Part shown: positions 11,908 through 22,407 of the stretch, one piece after another
How the letters are laid out: each line of letters starts with the position of its first letter
Position numbering within the stretch: position 1 is the stretch's first letter
Source of the DNA: Mobula hypostoma
Lineage: Eukaryota
Assembly (NCBI RefSeq): GCF_963921235.1
Contig: NC_086109.1
Coordinates: 12,338,001 to 12,371,806 of the forward strand
Direction: 5' to 3'
Length of the DNA stretch: 33,806 bases
Notes under the pieces: generated by a model
What the model saw: the letters and a program-made list of their open reading frames with translations, nothing else
The model's database searches: none
Told to the model about the DNA's origin: nothing
Translations under genes and position numbers: made by a program

Positions 11908-12227
11908 CTTTGAGAGGAAAATGAAATTGTGACTAGGTTTAGTGTCCTGCCACAGACAGGGAAACACTTGACACTGATATTAATGCAGAGATACTGAGGG
12001 ATGGACAGGGTCTGGACAAAAATCTGGTACTCTATCCTGAGGCTGAGCAGGAGGAGGAAGAGATTGCTGTTCTTCAGACACATCCATGAGATGGACATCT
12101 ATCCATTCAGCAAGCTTAACCCTGGGATCAGCACATCGTCACTCCCCAGGACATCTAATGACCCTTCCCAGAGGAAACATGGATGAGACATTTAGTTCAT
12201 TGAAAAATTATTCACTAAGAAACCTAC

Positions 12228-12548
12228 CATTAAATACTTGTGGATGTACATTAAATATTGGATCATGACCTGTTGTTGAAATCCCATATCTATACCATCC
12301 TGTATCTCCAGAGTGAAGATCCTCCATGGTAACAGAAAATATTCCCCATTCTGGGTTATCTGTGACTAACACTCATCCACTCCATCCATGTTGCCCATTT
12401 GTTTCCACTATAGTTGCACAATGGTAAGTCCATCCATGGCACCAATACTTTGTGTGGAAGCGGTACTTTGCTTCATAGTTGCAATCAGTTGTGGTCACTC
12501 TTCCCACAACTCCTCTTACATATTTCTCTGCCCACAATGCACCTGAAA
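12228..12548 (-). pseudogene. Ig V-type exon of CD300/pIgR-like (MDIR-like) receptor pseudogene 1
   Basis: cttcctcag acceptor, G|gtaggt donor, phase 1-1; SGALWAEKYVRGVVGRVTTTDCNYEAKYRFHTKYWCHGWTYHCATIVETNGQHGWSG*VLVTDNPEWGIFSVTMEDLHSGDTGWYRYGISTTGHDPIFNVHPQVFN; stop at 12373-12375; F-strand Cys replaced by Tyr. Confidence 0.93.
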
Positions 12549-12751
12549 CTGAGGAAGGTATTTTCAGATTTGAGGGGAAAGGAACAACTTAATGCAAAAA
12601 AGTTATCTTTGAACATGACATTAAAAACCATGTCCAGGTCACATTCAGCATGTTGACCATGACACCACAGCCAATGATTTTGTTGTGAAGTGCAGTCAGA
12701 GCTGTTACTGTGTCAGCTGTGTCAGTGCTCTCTCCCCCGTGTCAGTACATT

Positions 12752-12800
12752 GTGGGTTCACTTCCCACTCCAGAGTCCCGAGCAGAAACCCAGGGCTCTC
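12752..12800 (+). mobile_element. Possible tRNA-derived SINE head fragment
   Basis: TGTGGGTTCACTTCCCACTCCAGAG resembles a B-box region; short and degraded. Confidence 0.3.
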
Positions 12801-12844
12801 TACCCTGTCTCATACCTCTCCCTCTCTCCTAATTACCCTATCTC

Positions 12845-12950
12845 CCTCTGATGCAAAGCCTTGACCCAAACCATTGATGTTTCCACTCCCCCTTACAGAT
12901 GTTGCTTGACCCACTGAGTTCCTCTAGAGTGTACTCTGAACTCCAGTTTT
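12845..12950 (+). mobile_element. Old PLE-terminus-derived short repeat
   Basis: CTGATGC...TTGACCCAAA...CAGATGTTGCTTGACCCACTGAGTTCCTC resembles 14164-14262. Confidence 0.55.
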
Positions 12951-13055
12951 CGATATCTTTCGTGTCTACAAGTATTCAAGCTCTGTTCTGGAAATGGTGT
13001 ACGATCCCCAAACCAATACTGATTATGCAAATGTCCAGCGCAAGTTGTCACTCAC

Positions 13056-13091
13056 TGGGCAGGAAACCACTAGAATCGAAGTCCACAGCAT
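13056..13091 (-). pseudogene. Signal-peptide exon of receptor pseudogene 1
   Basis: ATGCTGTGGACTTCGATTCTAGTGGTTTCCTGCCCA|gtgagt; 36 nt, one short of the 3n+1 needed; restoring one base gives MLWTSILxGFLP-ISGALWA. Confidence 0.75.
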
Positions 13092-13154
13092 TTTGTTCAC
13101 AGAAAATCAGCCATGACGCATCAGACCTCAGAGAGAAATAACAATGAAATAAAA

Positions 13155-13210
13155 ATGAGGAACAAGGCAGCAGGAGGTTTGATCAGAAAACCAAAGTGAC
13201 CAACTGTGGT
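13155..13210. promoter_or_regulatory. Candidate promoter motifs (PU.1/ETS-like, IRF-like, RUNX)
   Basis: GAGGAA 13157-62, GAAAACCAAAGTGA 13186-99 and TGTGGT 13205-10, 65-120 bp upstream of the leader ATG; motif match only. Confidence 0.3.
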
Positions 13211-13557
13211 ATGTGACAATCGAAACATTTTCAGTTATATTAGTAAGACAGAAACAATTAAATAATTCTCAACGACTGAACAAGATGGTGAGCAGAGTTG
13301 AGATATTGGACACAAGTAACAGCGTATGTTCTAATCTGAAGCAATGGTAAATGGTAATCTGAAATGTTGACTACTCTGCCTCCACAGATTCCACCGGATT
13401 CCTTCAGATCTTTTATTTTTTGCTTGATTAAAATGTTATCTGTGGTGTGTCACTGGGGAAAGTGTTCATGGTGAAAAGTTAATTGTGGAAAGGGAACAAG
13501 CTCATGTTGAGTTTTGTGAGTATGAGTAGAAAGTTACGTCACCCATAATCCAGCCCA

Positions 13558-13940
13558 CAGGAGCATTCGATGGCTCTGGGTCTGTTCCCACTGGAGATTA
13601 GAAGAATGGGGAGGGGGTCTCATTGAATATTGAAAGGCCTATATAGAGTGAATGTGGAGAGGATGTTTCCTGTAGTAAGGAAGTCTACAACTAGATGACA
13701 CAGCCTCAGAGTACAAGGCCATTCCTTTAGAACAGAGACGAGGAAGAATTTCTTCAGGCATATGGTGATGAATCTGTGAATCCACTTCAACAGATGGCAG
13801 TTCAGGCCAAGTCATTGGATATATTTGAAATGGAGGTTGATAGGTTCTTGATTATTGAAGGTGTCAAAAGTTATGGGAGAAGGCAGGTGAATGGGGTGGA
13901 GAGGGCCTAATTTTGCACCTATGCCTTTGGTCTTTTGGTC
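13558..13940 (+). mobile_element. CR1 3' fragment
   Basis: LGLFPLE-RR-G-LIE-like RT end and 3' UTR with TGGTC tail. Confidence 0.8.
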
Positions 13941-13947
13941 CTCTAAT

Positions 13948-14128
13948 ACAGGCACCAATTTGATGAATCTCTTCTGCAACATGAATTCTTGAATGTTCAA
14001 TGCTCATCCAATGACAGAAGCCCTCTTTACCACCTACTTTACCATCCCCCTCTGTTCCAAATCTCAGGGAGTTATGGACTTGCACCCCAAGATCCGTACA
14101 TCGTTCTGGACCTGCCTTGGTGACAATT
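13948..14128 (-). mobile_element. CR1 RT fragment
   Basis: rc resembles RDLGVQVH...VKRASV...GIE region. Confidence 0.6.
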
Positions 14129-14163
14129 CAAACAAACAAGAGACACAAGAAAGACATGACATG

Positions 14164-14262
14164 AGACCTGATGAATGGTCTTGGCCTGAAAGGTCGACTG
14201 TTTACTGTTTTCCATACATGCTGCCTGACCTGCTGAGTTCCTCCAGGTTTTTGCGTGTGTTG
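14164..14262 (+). mobile_element. PLE-terminus short repeat with degenerate hammerhead
   Basis: AGAC CTGATGA ATGGTCTTGGCCT GAAA GGTC GACT followed by ATGCTGCCTGACCTGCTGAGTTCCTCCAG...GTGTGTTG. Confidence 0.85.
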
Positions 14263-14589
14263 TGATCATTCTATCAAACCTGTTTTTGGGAACTTGCTGC
14301 TGAGGAAGGAGTAAAGTGGGAAATAGGTTTGATGTAGAAGGGGCTTTTCATGCAAACTCAGCAGACATACTTGGCTTCATTCCCTCTCCTCTCTGAAGGC
14401 TGATTCCACCATACGAAGCAATTTTTAAAGCTCACTTCTTCTGAATTCTATTCCATCTGTAGGTGCAATTTCAGGAGCTCTGATGGGATTTCACTTTGCT
14501 TCAGTTAGATGTGAGGGGAAACCAACTGAATGGAATTGCACATTCACAAAGGTAAAATCCACATCAGATCTGTTCTTAAACCAGATCAA

Positions 14590-15717
14590 GCAACACACAT
14601 CAAAGTTGCTGGTGAACGCAGCAGGCCAGGCAGCATCTCTAGGAAGAGGTACAGTCGACGTTTCAGGTCGAGATCCTTCGTCAGGACTAACTGAAGGAAG
14701 AGTTAGTAACAGATTTGAAAGTGGGAGGGGGAGGGGGAGATCCAAAATGATAGGAAAAGACAGGAGGGGGAGGGATGGAGCCAAGAGCTGGACAGGTGAT
14801 TGGCAAAGGGGATATGAGAGGATCGTGGGACAGGAGGCCCGGGGAGAAAGACAAGGGGGGGGGGAACCCAGAGGATGGGCAAGGGGTATAGTCAGAGGGA
14901 CAGAAGGAGAAAAAGGAGAGTGAGAGAAAGAATGTGTGTATAAAAATAAATAATGGATGGGGTACGAGGGGGAGGTGGGGCATTAGCAGAAGTTAGAGAA
15001 GTCAATGTTCATGCCATCAGGTTGGAGGCTACCCAGACGGAATATAAGGTGTTGTTCCTGCAACCTGAGTGTGGCTTCATCTTTACAGTAGAGGAGGCCG
15101 TGGATAGAATGTCAGAATGGGAATGGGATGTGGAAATAAAATGTGTGGCCACTGGGAGATCCTGCTTTCTCTGGTGGATAGAACGTGGGTGTTCAGCGCT
15201 CCCAGTCTGCGTCGGGTCTCTCCAATATATAGAAGGCCACATCGGGAGCACCGGACGCAGTATATCACCCCAGCCGACTCACAGGTGAAGTGTCGCCTCA
15301 TCTGGAAGGACTGTCTGGGGCCCTGAATGGTGGTAAGGGAGGAAGTATAAGGACATGTGTAGCATTTATTCCGCTTACAAGGATAAGTGCCAGGAGGAAG
15401 ATCAGTGGGGAGGGATGGGGGGTATGAACGGACAAGGGAGTCGCATAGGGAGCAATCCCTGTGGAAAGCAGGGGGGGGGAGGGAAAGGTGTGCTTAGTGG
15501 TGGGATCCCGTTGGAGGTGGCGGAAGTTGCGGAGAATAATATGTTGGACCCGGAGGCTGGTGGGGTGGTAGGTGAGGACCAGGGGAACCCTATTTCTAGT
15601 GGGGTGGCGGGAGGATGGAGTGAGAGCAGATGTGCGTGAAATGGGGGAGATGCGTTTGAGAGCAGAGTTGATGGTGGAGGAAGGGAAGCCCCTTTCTTTA
15701 AAAAAACAGATTTTTCA
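14590..15717 (-). mobile_element. Neptune-type Penelope-like element, 5'-truncated (linker, GIY-YIG endonuclease, 3' terminus)
   Basis: PCKRNKCYTCP Cys linker and HFTCESAGVIYCVRCSRCGLLYIGETRRRLG; 14-bp TSD TTAAACCAGATCAA (14576-14589, 15718-15731). Confidence 0.93.
14653..14688 (-). ncRNA. Minimal type I hammerhead ribozyme motif
   Basis: AGTC-CTGACGA-AGG(ATCTCGA)CCT-GAAAC-GTC-GACT: intact core, 4-bp stem I, 3-bp stem II, palindromic loopless stem III (ACGT). Confidence 0.8.
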
Positions 15718-16172
15718 TTAAACCAGATCAACACCATTTTGACAGGAAATGGTCTGTGTGAATAAACAACCCCTGTTGTTTCTATTTCCCATAGAATCAT
15801 AGGGCACAGTAAATGTATAGGTCATACTTGTCCAAGGAGAAGACATTTCTATCTTACCTATCTCACCCCAATGGTCTCCTTGACACCAGACCCTGTATAC
15901 CTTTGCTCATCTTCACCATTGCTAGTTTCCCAATATACCTGTGATGATGGTTAGATCTTCCAATGTTACTCAAAGTGTGATCTATCCAAATTCATACTGT
16001 GCGATTCCCTGGGGCAGATGAAGTCTGAGGAGAGCTTCAGTACAAGGCAGTACAACAGTTCTCACATGTCACACATATTGGAGAAGTAATGCAGAATCAG
16101 AATCAAAATCAGGTTTCATATCACCAACATAGTGTACATCATGAAATTAACTGTAGTGGTCCAAATTGTTCA

Positions 16173-16237
16173 CTATCTATTCTTTTCCATAGATGCTGCC
16201 TGACCTGCTGTGCTCCTCCAGCATTTTGTGTGTGTTG
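16173..16237 (+). mobile_element. PLE-terminus short repeat (3'-most part only)
   Basis: CATAGATGCTGCCTGACCTGCTGTGCTCCTCCAGCATTTTGTGTGTGTTG. Confidence 0.8.
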
Positions 16238-17204
16238 TTTCATTGTTCAATCATGATTTCATTGGAATGTGAGGGTTGAGGTGACCCAAGAATGTAGCTC
16301 ATTTATATTTTCCTGATTTTTTTGTTGCTGACTTTGCAATGGTTTATAAACACTTAATTTCACATTGTATATAAATAGACAAATGATAAAATAATTCATG
16401 ATACACGGACAGCCTTTGTTACTTTGGGTTTGTTACATTTGTTTTAGGGGAAAACAGTGCAGCGTACTATCCATGAATGTTATCTGCTTTAATGTTGTAC
16501 GTTGTGTAATATGAGTGCTAAATCCATTGCATCAACCACTCCCGTCATCTGTGTAATGTTCACCCTCAGCAACGGATGTGGTTAGAACCCCTGTCTTCTT
16601 TACTTGTCTTACCAAACAGAATATTGAGAAGTGCCAATGGATGCTACAAATAGTCAAATGTGGTCTCTTCCTGCATGGCCCTATCACTTTTTGGAAAACT
16701 TCTCAACAACCATGGTTCAATACGCTGATGTGAGCAAGTGCAGAGATACAAAACATCTTTGTGTCTTCTGGTCTTCTGGTCTATGGTGTTAAGAGATGGA
16801 GCAATGCAGGAAGAGGATGGAACAATTTGTTTGCATGAGCCATCCATTGGTCCTTCCCTAAATTCTGTTTTGTAAGTAAAGATACACAAGTTACAACCAT
16901 ATCCTTTTGGAATTGCTTTTGGATGTCCTCGGAAAGGGAAAGGGTCCCGTTCAGAGTCAGAATCAGATGTGAAGTTTGTTGTTTTGCAGCATAAATAAAG
17001 AAAGCAAGTTTCTTCCCTCGCACAATTAATTATCTCAGGTATAACAGGTCCTGATTCACAAGTGGGACCACAGCATCTGGAATTATCTCCAGCTATCCAC
17101 ACACATCAGGTAACCCTGACCCGAAGAACTCATGAGCTCTAAACAGACTCTGGTGTTATTGCTTCACATCCCCACATAGCAGGTGAAGGATATCATGTCA
17201 TATT

Positions 17205-19570
17205 CCATAAGACCGTAGATATAGGAACAGAATTAGGCCACTTGGCCCATCAAAACTGCTCCACCATTTCATCATGGTTGATCTAAATTTTCTCTCAGCC
17301 CCAATCTCCTACCTTTTCCCAGTATTTTTTCATGCCCTGATCGATCAAGAATCTATCAATCCTTGTCTTAAATACAGATAAAGGCTTGGACTCCACAGCT
17401 GCCTGTGGCAAAGAGTTCCACAGATTAACCGCCCTCTGTTGAAAGAAATCCTTCCTTGTCTATGTTCTGAAAGGACACCCCTACCCCTTATTCTTAGGTT
17501 GAGTCCACTGGTCTTTAATTCTTCTACCATAGGAAACATCTTCTCTACCTCTACTCTGTCAAGGCTTTACACCTTTCGATAGTTTTCAATTAGGTCATCC
17601 CTTATTCTTTTGAATTCTAATGAATACAGACCCAGAGCCAACAGACACTCTTCATATGAGAAGTCAATCAATCCTGTAAACATTTATGTGAACCTCCTTT
17701 GAACCCTCTCCAGCTGAGCACATCCTTTCTAAGATAAGGTGCCCAGACCTGCTCACAATACTCCAAGTAAGGCCTCACCAGCACTTTATAAAGTTTCAAC
17801 ATTACACCTTGTGTTTATATTCCAGTATTCTTGAAATGAAAATTAACATTGCATTTGCCTTTCTCACCAGAGACTCAAGCTGCAAATTAACCTTTGGGGA
17901 ATCCCACACAAGGACTCCCATGTTCCTTTGTGTCTCAGATATTTGTATTTATTCTCCATTTAGAAAATGGTCAACACTTTCATTTCTTCTACCAAAGTGC
18001 ATGACCATAAACTTCCCTACACTGTATTCCATCTGCCATTTCTTCAAACATTCTCCTAATCTGTTTAATTCCTTCTGTAGCCTCTCTACTTTCTCAAAAC
18101 TACCTGACCCTCCACCTATCTTCATATCGTCTGCAATCTTTGCAACAAAGACATCAATTCCATCATCCAAATCATTGACATACAAGGTAAAAAGAATTCA
18201 TCCCAACACAGACCCCTGTGTAACACCATTAACCATTGGCAGCCAACCAGAAAAGACTCCCTTTATCAACACACACAAAATGCTGGAGGAACTCAGCAGG
18301 CCAGGCAGCATCTATGGCAAAAAGCATAGTCAACATTTCGGGCCAAAACTCTTTTGCAGGACTGGAGAAAAAAGCTGAGGAGTACTCAGCTACTCATCTA
18401 CACATTATCTCTTGTTTGTGATATTAAGACTCCCTTTATTCCCACTCTTTGTGTCCTGTCAGTCTGCCACTGCTTTATCCATGCTAGAATCTTCCCTGGA
18501 ATACCATTGGCTCATAGCTTGTTAATCAGTCTCATGTGTGGCACCTTGTCAAAGGCCTTCTGAAAATCCACATACACAACACCAACTTTGTCTATCCTGC
18601 TTGTTATTTCTTCAAAGAATTCCAACAAATTTTTCAGGCAAGATATTCCCTTAAGGAAACCATGCTGACTATGGACTATTTTATCATGTGCCTCCAAGTA
18701 TTCTGAAACCACATCTTTAACAATCAACTCCAACGTCGTTCCAACCATTGAGGTCAGACTAACTGGCCTATAATTTCCTTTCTTCTGTCTCTCTCTCTTT
18801 TTGAAGAGTGGGGTGACATTTGAAACTTTCCATTCCTTCAGAACCATTCCTGAAGCAATTGATTCTTGAAAGATCACTACTTATGCCTCCACAATTTCTT
18901 CAGACGCCTCTTTCAGAACCTCATGTTATACCATCTGGTCCAGGTGATTTATTTACTTTCAGACCTTTCAGTTTCCCAAGAACTTTCTGCATAGTAATGG
19001 CAACTTCACACTCTTCTGCCCTCTGACCCACCTGAATTTCCAGCATACTGCAAATGTCTTTCACAGCAAAGACTGATGCAAAATACTTGTTCAGTTTATC
19101 CTCCATTTCCTTGTCACCCATTATATCTCTTCAGCATCATTTTCCAGCAGTCCAATATCCACTCTTGCCTCTCTTTTACACTTAATGTATCTGTAGAAAC
19201 TTTTGGTGTCCTCTTTAATGTTGTTGGCTATTCTACTTTTGTATTCCATCTTTATCTTCTTAATGACTTTTTTAGTTGTCTTCTGTTAATTTTTAAAAGC
19301 TTCGCCATCTTCTAAGTTCCCACTAATCTTTCCTCTATTATATGCCCTCTCTTTGGCTTTTATGTTGGCTTTGACTTCTCTTGTTCATGGTTGTGCATCT
19401 TTCATTTAGAATACTTCTTCCTCTTTGGTATGTAAATGTCTTGTGCCTTCTGAATTGCTTCCAGAAATTTCACCCATTGCTACTCTACTGCCATCCCTGC
19501 AGTGTTCTTTTCCAATCAATTCAGGCCAACTCCCCTCGCATGTCCGTATTTACCTTCACTACACTGTAAT
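17205..19570 (-). mobile_element. CR1 LINE fragment with nested PLE insertion
   Basis: ORFs 17949-18185, 18512-18877 and 18921-19121 (NYRPVSLTS, DFQKAFDKVPH, NKSPGPDG); CCATAAGACC tail at 17205. Confidence 0.93.
18267..18425 (-). mobile_element. PLE-terminus insertion with fold-back and filler
   Basis: 14-bp TSD AAGACTCCCTTTAT (18253-18266, 18426-18439); degenerate hammerhead 18328-18363. Confidence 0.88.
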
Positions 19571-19579
19571 ACAGATAGA

Positions 19580-20045
19580 ACGTTTGTGTCACCAGAAGAT
19601 TCACCCTGAGATTCATTTTCTTGCAGGCATTCATAGTAGTGCAAATGAATACAATAGCATCAATTAAAAACTACATACAGATATGTACAAACAACATGCA
19701 AAGGAAGACAAACTATGGAAATACAATGAATAAATAAGGATATAATATGGAGGAGATGAGATGTAGAATCTTTGAAAGTGATTCCATAGGCTGTGTTCAG
19801 TGATAATATCAGTGTTGAGGTGACTGAAGTTATCCTCCCTGGTTCAGGAGCCTGGTGGCTGCCCTGTTCCTGAACCTGTTAGTTCGGGAACTGAGCTCCA
19901 GTACCTCCTTCTGCTCGGCAGCAGCGAGAAGAGAGCATGTCTGGATGATGTGGGTCCTCGATGATGGATTCTGCTCTCTTGTGGCAGGTCTCCTTTGTAG
20001 ATGTGCTCACTGGTGGTCTAGGCTTTACCTATCAACTGATCAGGT
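19580..20045 (-). mobile_element. Rex/Babar-type LINE 3' fragment
   Basis: Shares the ACCCTGAGATTCATTTTCTTG...GAAGTTATCC segment with 25875-26165 and 31580-31845. Confidence 0.7.
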
Positions 20046-20274
20046 CAGTCTTAACCAACCTCCATACAGACCGTCCCTGAGGAATGAATGGGTCTGTTTT
20101 TACAGATACCTGTAAGTCAATTTTACCCTTATGTCAGAAAACACAACAGATATCACTCAATATGTTATCCATACTTACATACTATTGTAATGAAAGGCAA
20201 TAACTGCATATAAAACTGAGGTGAAAGAGTAATTTTGAAAAGTGGAAGGAAAGAAAACTCGTTCTGTTATTTAT

Positions 20275-20680
20275 AGGAACATAGAACAGCACAGTACAGG
20301 CCTTTTGGCACAGAATATTGTGCCAATCTATACTTCTTGATGAATCTAATCCTTCCCTCCTACACAGCACATAACCCTCCATATTCATACACATGACACA
20401 CCTTCTTTAACACCCTTTCAATTTGCACAGCAACTTTGAGGAATCTACGGACTTGCAACCCAATATCTCTCGGTTCCTCCACATTGCTCAGAATCCTGCC
20501 ATTAACCTTGTAATCTGCCTTCAAGTTCGATCATCCAAAGTGTATCACTTCACATTTTTCTGTGTTAAACTCCATCAATCACTTCTCCACCCAGCGCCAC
20601 ATCCTGTCTTTACCCTGTTGTAATTTGTGACAAGACTCTAGACCATCCACAATACCGACAATCTTTGTGTCACGTGCAAA
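20275..20680 (-). mobile_element. CR1-type 3' end plus CR1 RT fragment
   Basis: GAACATAGAAC tail; rc of FARDTKIVG...FNTEKCEVIHF-like segment. Confidence 0.65.
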
Positions 20681-20683
20681 CAT

Positions 20684-21038
20684 TACTGCAGAAGTCGTAG
20701 GCATGTATCAAAATATTCTGTAAAGTGAAGATGCTTTCAGAAATAATGAAATGAGAAGTAAACAGTAAAAACAAAACATTAAATCAATATTTGGTGAGAC
20801 TATCCTTTGCCTTTAAAACTGCATCAATCCTCTTAGCTGCACTGTTGTGCGGTTTTATAAGAAAATTATCTGGTAGGTTGCCACAGTTCTTCTCCAGACT
20901 TTGGCTGATGTGCTTGCCTCTGAACCTCCAGATAATCGCAAACAGCCTCACTGATGTTGAGATTAGGGCCCTGTGGAAGCCATAGCTTCTGAAACCATAT
21001 AAAAAATCTACAACGCCTGTGACTTTAACACAGTACTG
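20684..21038 (-). mobile_element. Tc1 family B internal-deletion derivative
   Basis: Ends resemble TACTGTGCAAAAGTC / ACACAGTACTG; ORF 20784-21041 resembles a Tc1 C-terminus; paralogous to 25368-25768. Confidence 0.75.
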
Positions 21039-21256
21039 CACATTGGAGTTTTGAATTCAGTCACATTACTAAGGCTCGTTCATTTGTAGAAGTGTCCATA
21101 AGTCAGATTGTCATAACTTGGGAATGAACTGTATTGTCTCTTATCCTACACAGCACTCCTCTGACTAGATCTGCTTTCTAAACCAACACTCGTCCACTTC
21201 TAAGCCGGATCTGAGGATGGATCCCTGAAGTGAAACTGTGTTTGATGAAAGGTCCT

Positions 21257-21496
21257 TGTTATGGTTTGTAGCTCCAAAACAGTAAAATACTTCAAAGGAA
21301 AGCCGAGAAATGTAAATCTTAGTTTCTGTTTTTACTTTAAGTGAGGTGCGCATGTATCATGTGTTGGTGTCATGATATATGCAATTCAAGTCTTTTACTT
21401 ATAATCTGTATTTAATTATTTAAACAAACAAGAGTACTTAATCAAACAATATGTACAATATTATTCAAATATTACTAAAATATTAAATACACAACA
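21257..21496 (-). mobile_element. Gypsy 3' LTR (240 bp)
   Basis: TGTTGTG...CCATAACA on minus, directly preceded by the polypurine tract. Confidence 0.75.
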
Positions 21497-21825
21497 CTCC
21501 TCCCTGCTTAGCGGTAAATTGCAACTCAATATGGTATGTATCTCAACCATATACAAAGTATGATATATCATGCAACTACTATTTGCAGATATCCATGGCA
21601 TAGTAAATTTTAATTTGTCCCATTCAGACCTAAAGAATTAATCGCTGTGAAGGATTTCCTGCTCTTATGGGACAACATTTTTTCTGACAAATCGGATTAC
21701 TCTGCCTGGCAGTTAAAACTTTTGGCTGTGAAATCTCAGGTTCCAGGGCCTCCTCTGTGGTGGTTACAGGAACTGACTCTAAACCTGCAGGAAGTGGTTC
21801 TGACAGCTCTGAACATTTTTCTTCT
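21497..21825 (-). mobile_element. Gypsy integrase C-terminal tail, 3' UTR and polypurine tract
   Basis: EEKCSELSEPLPAGLESVPVTTTEEALEPEISQP...PIRAGNPSQRLIL* (RxPxRL-type end); PPT TAAGCAGGGAGGAG at 21497-21510. Confidence 0.75.
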
Positions 21826-22366
21826 CCTTCCTTTTTCTTCTTTTAGTTTATGCATCTTGATGCTGGGAAGGTGCAATGAGTTCACTGAAGTATTCTCTTT
21901 TGAATCCCTCTATTTCTCCCATTACAATCTGATCTGTCCTTTTGGTTTTCTCATCCACATCATCATTTGGTGGATCCCCTGCTTTCGACTCTCCATTGAC
22001 TCCTTTCCATTTGACCTTCCATTAATCCAGCTGGGCGTCTATTTTTACAAGCAGCTTTTAGTCTCTTACTTGAAGTTCATGCAATAAACATAATGCACGC
22101 AGAGTAGATTCTTTGTATTCACAAAAGCCGAATGCTTGCAACTTTCTTGAAACTTCTTGAACTCTCTCCTAGCTTAAAACCAAGCCATATTTCACAGATA
22201 ACTGTCTGACTAACATGCCAGGAACTTTCACTGATATGTTGCCCACAAAAACCGTTGTAGTCAGACCAGTGCTTTCGTCACTTTCACACTTCTATTGAAA
22301 AGCATGGTCCTTCCTTGTTCCAATATGCTTTCCAACCAGAAGTACAGAGGTTGGCACCAACACTGG
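21820..22366 (-). pseudogene. RBM25: Intronless RBM25 fragment (RRM region) embedded in the Gypsy element
   Basis: One continuous frame with five stops: PVLVPTSVLLVGKHIGTRKDH...TTTVFVGNISVKVPGMLVRQLSVKYGLVLS*ERVQEVSRKLQAFGFCEYKESTLRALCLLHELQVRD*KLLVKIDAQLD*WK...REYFSELIAPSQ...KRKEKK; collinear with vertebrate RBM25 as recalled. Confidence 0.93.
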
Positions 22367-22407
22367 TTAGTTCTCTGTTAGGCAATGGTTCATGTTTTTC
22401 TGCATGG

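Noticed and set aside
11960-12190. Possible old LINE fragment in the V-C2 intron
   Set aside because: No frame gave a recognisable motif; left unassigned.
14483-14983. Gly/Arg-rich and Pro-rich ORFs on both strands
   Set aside because: Low-complexity purine-rich 3' region of the Penelope-like element.
15846-15940. Minus-strand exon-like segment ending AG|gtaaga
   Set aside because: No reading frame resembles the receptor family or any known protein; could be non-coding or chance.
16644-17102. 152-aa Cys-rich minus-strand ORF as a novel gene
   Set aside because: Bounded by a stop at 17106-17108 with a GTG start and no clear splice sites. It overlaps repeat-derived pieces: a Rex-type tail (TCAGAATCAG...GTTTGTTGTTTTGCAGC, ~16955-16990) and a CR1-like TCTTCTGGTC tail (~16760-16790). 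No recognisable domain.
21647-22087. 146-aa hydrophobic plus-strand ORF
   Set aside because: Antisense shadow of the RBM25 fragment and Gypsy tail.
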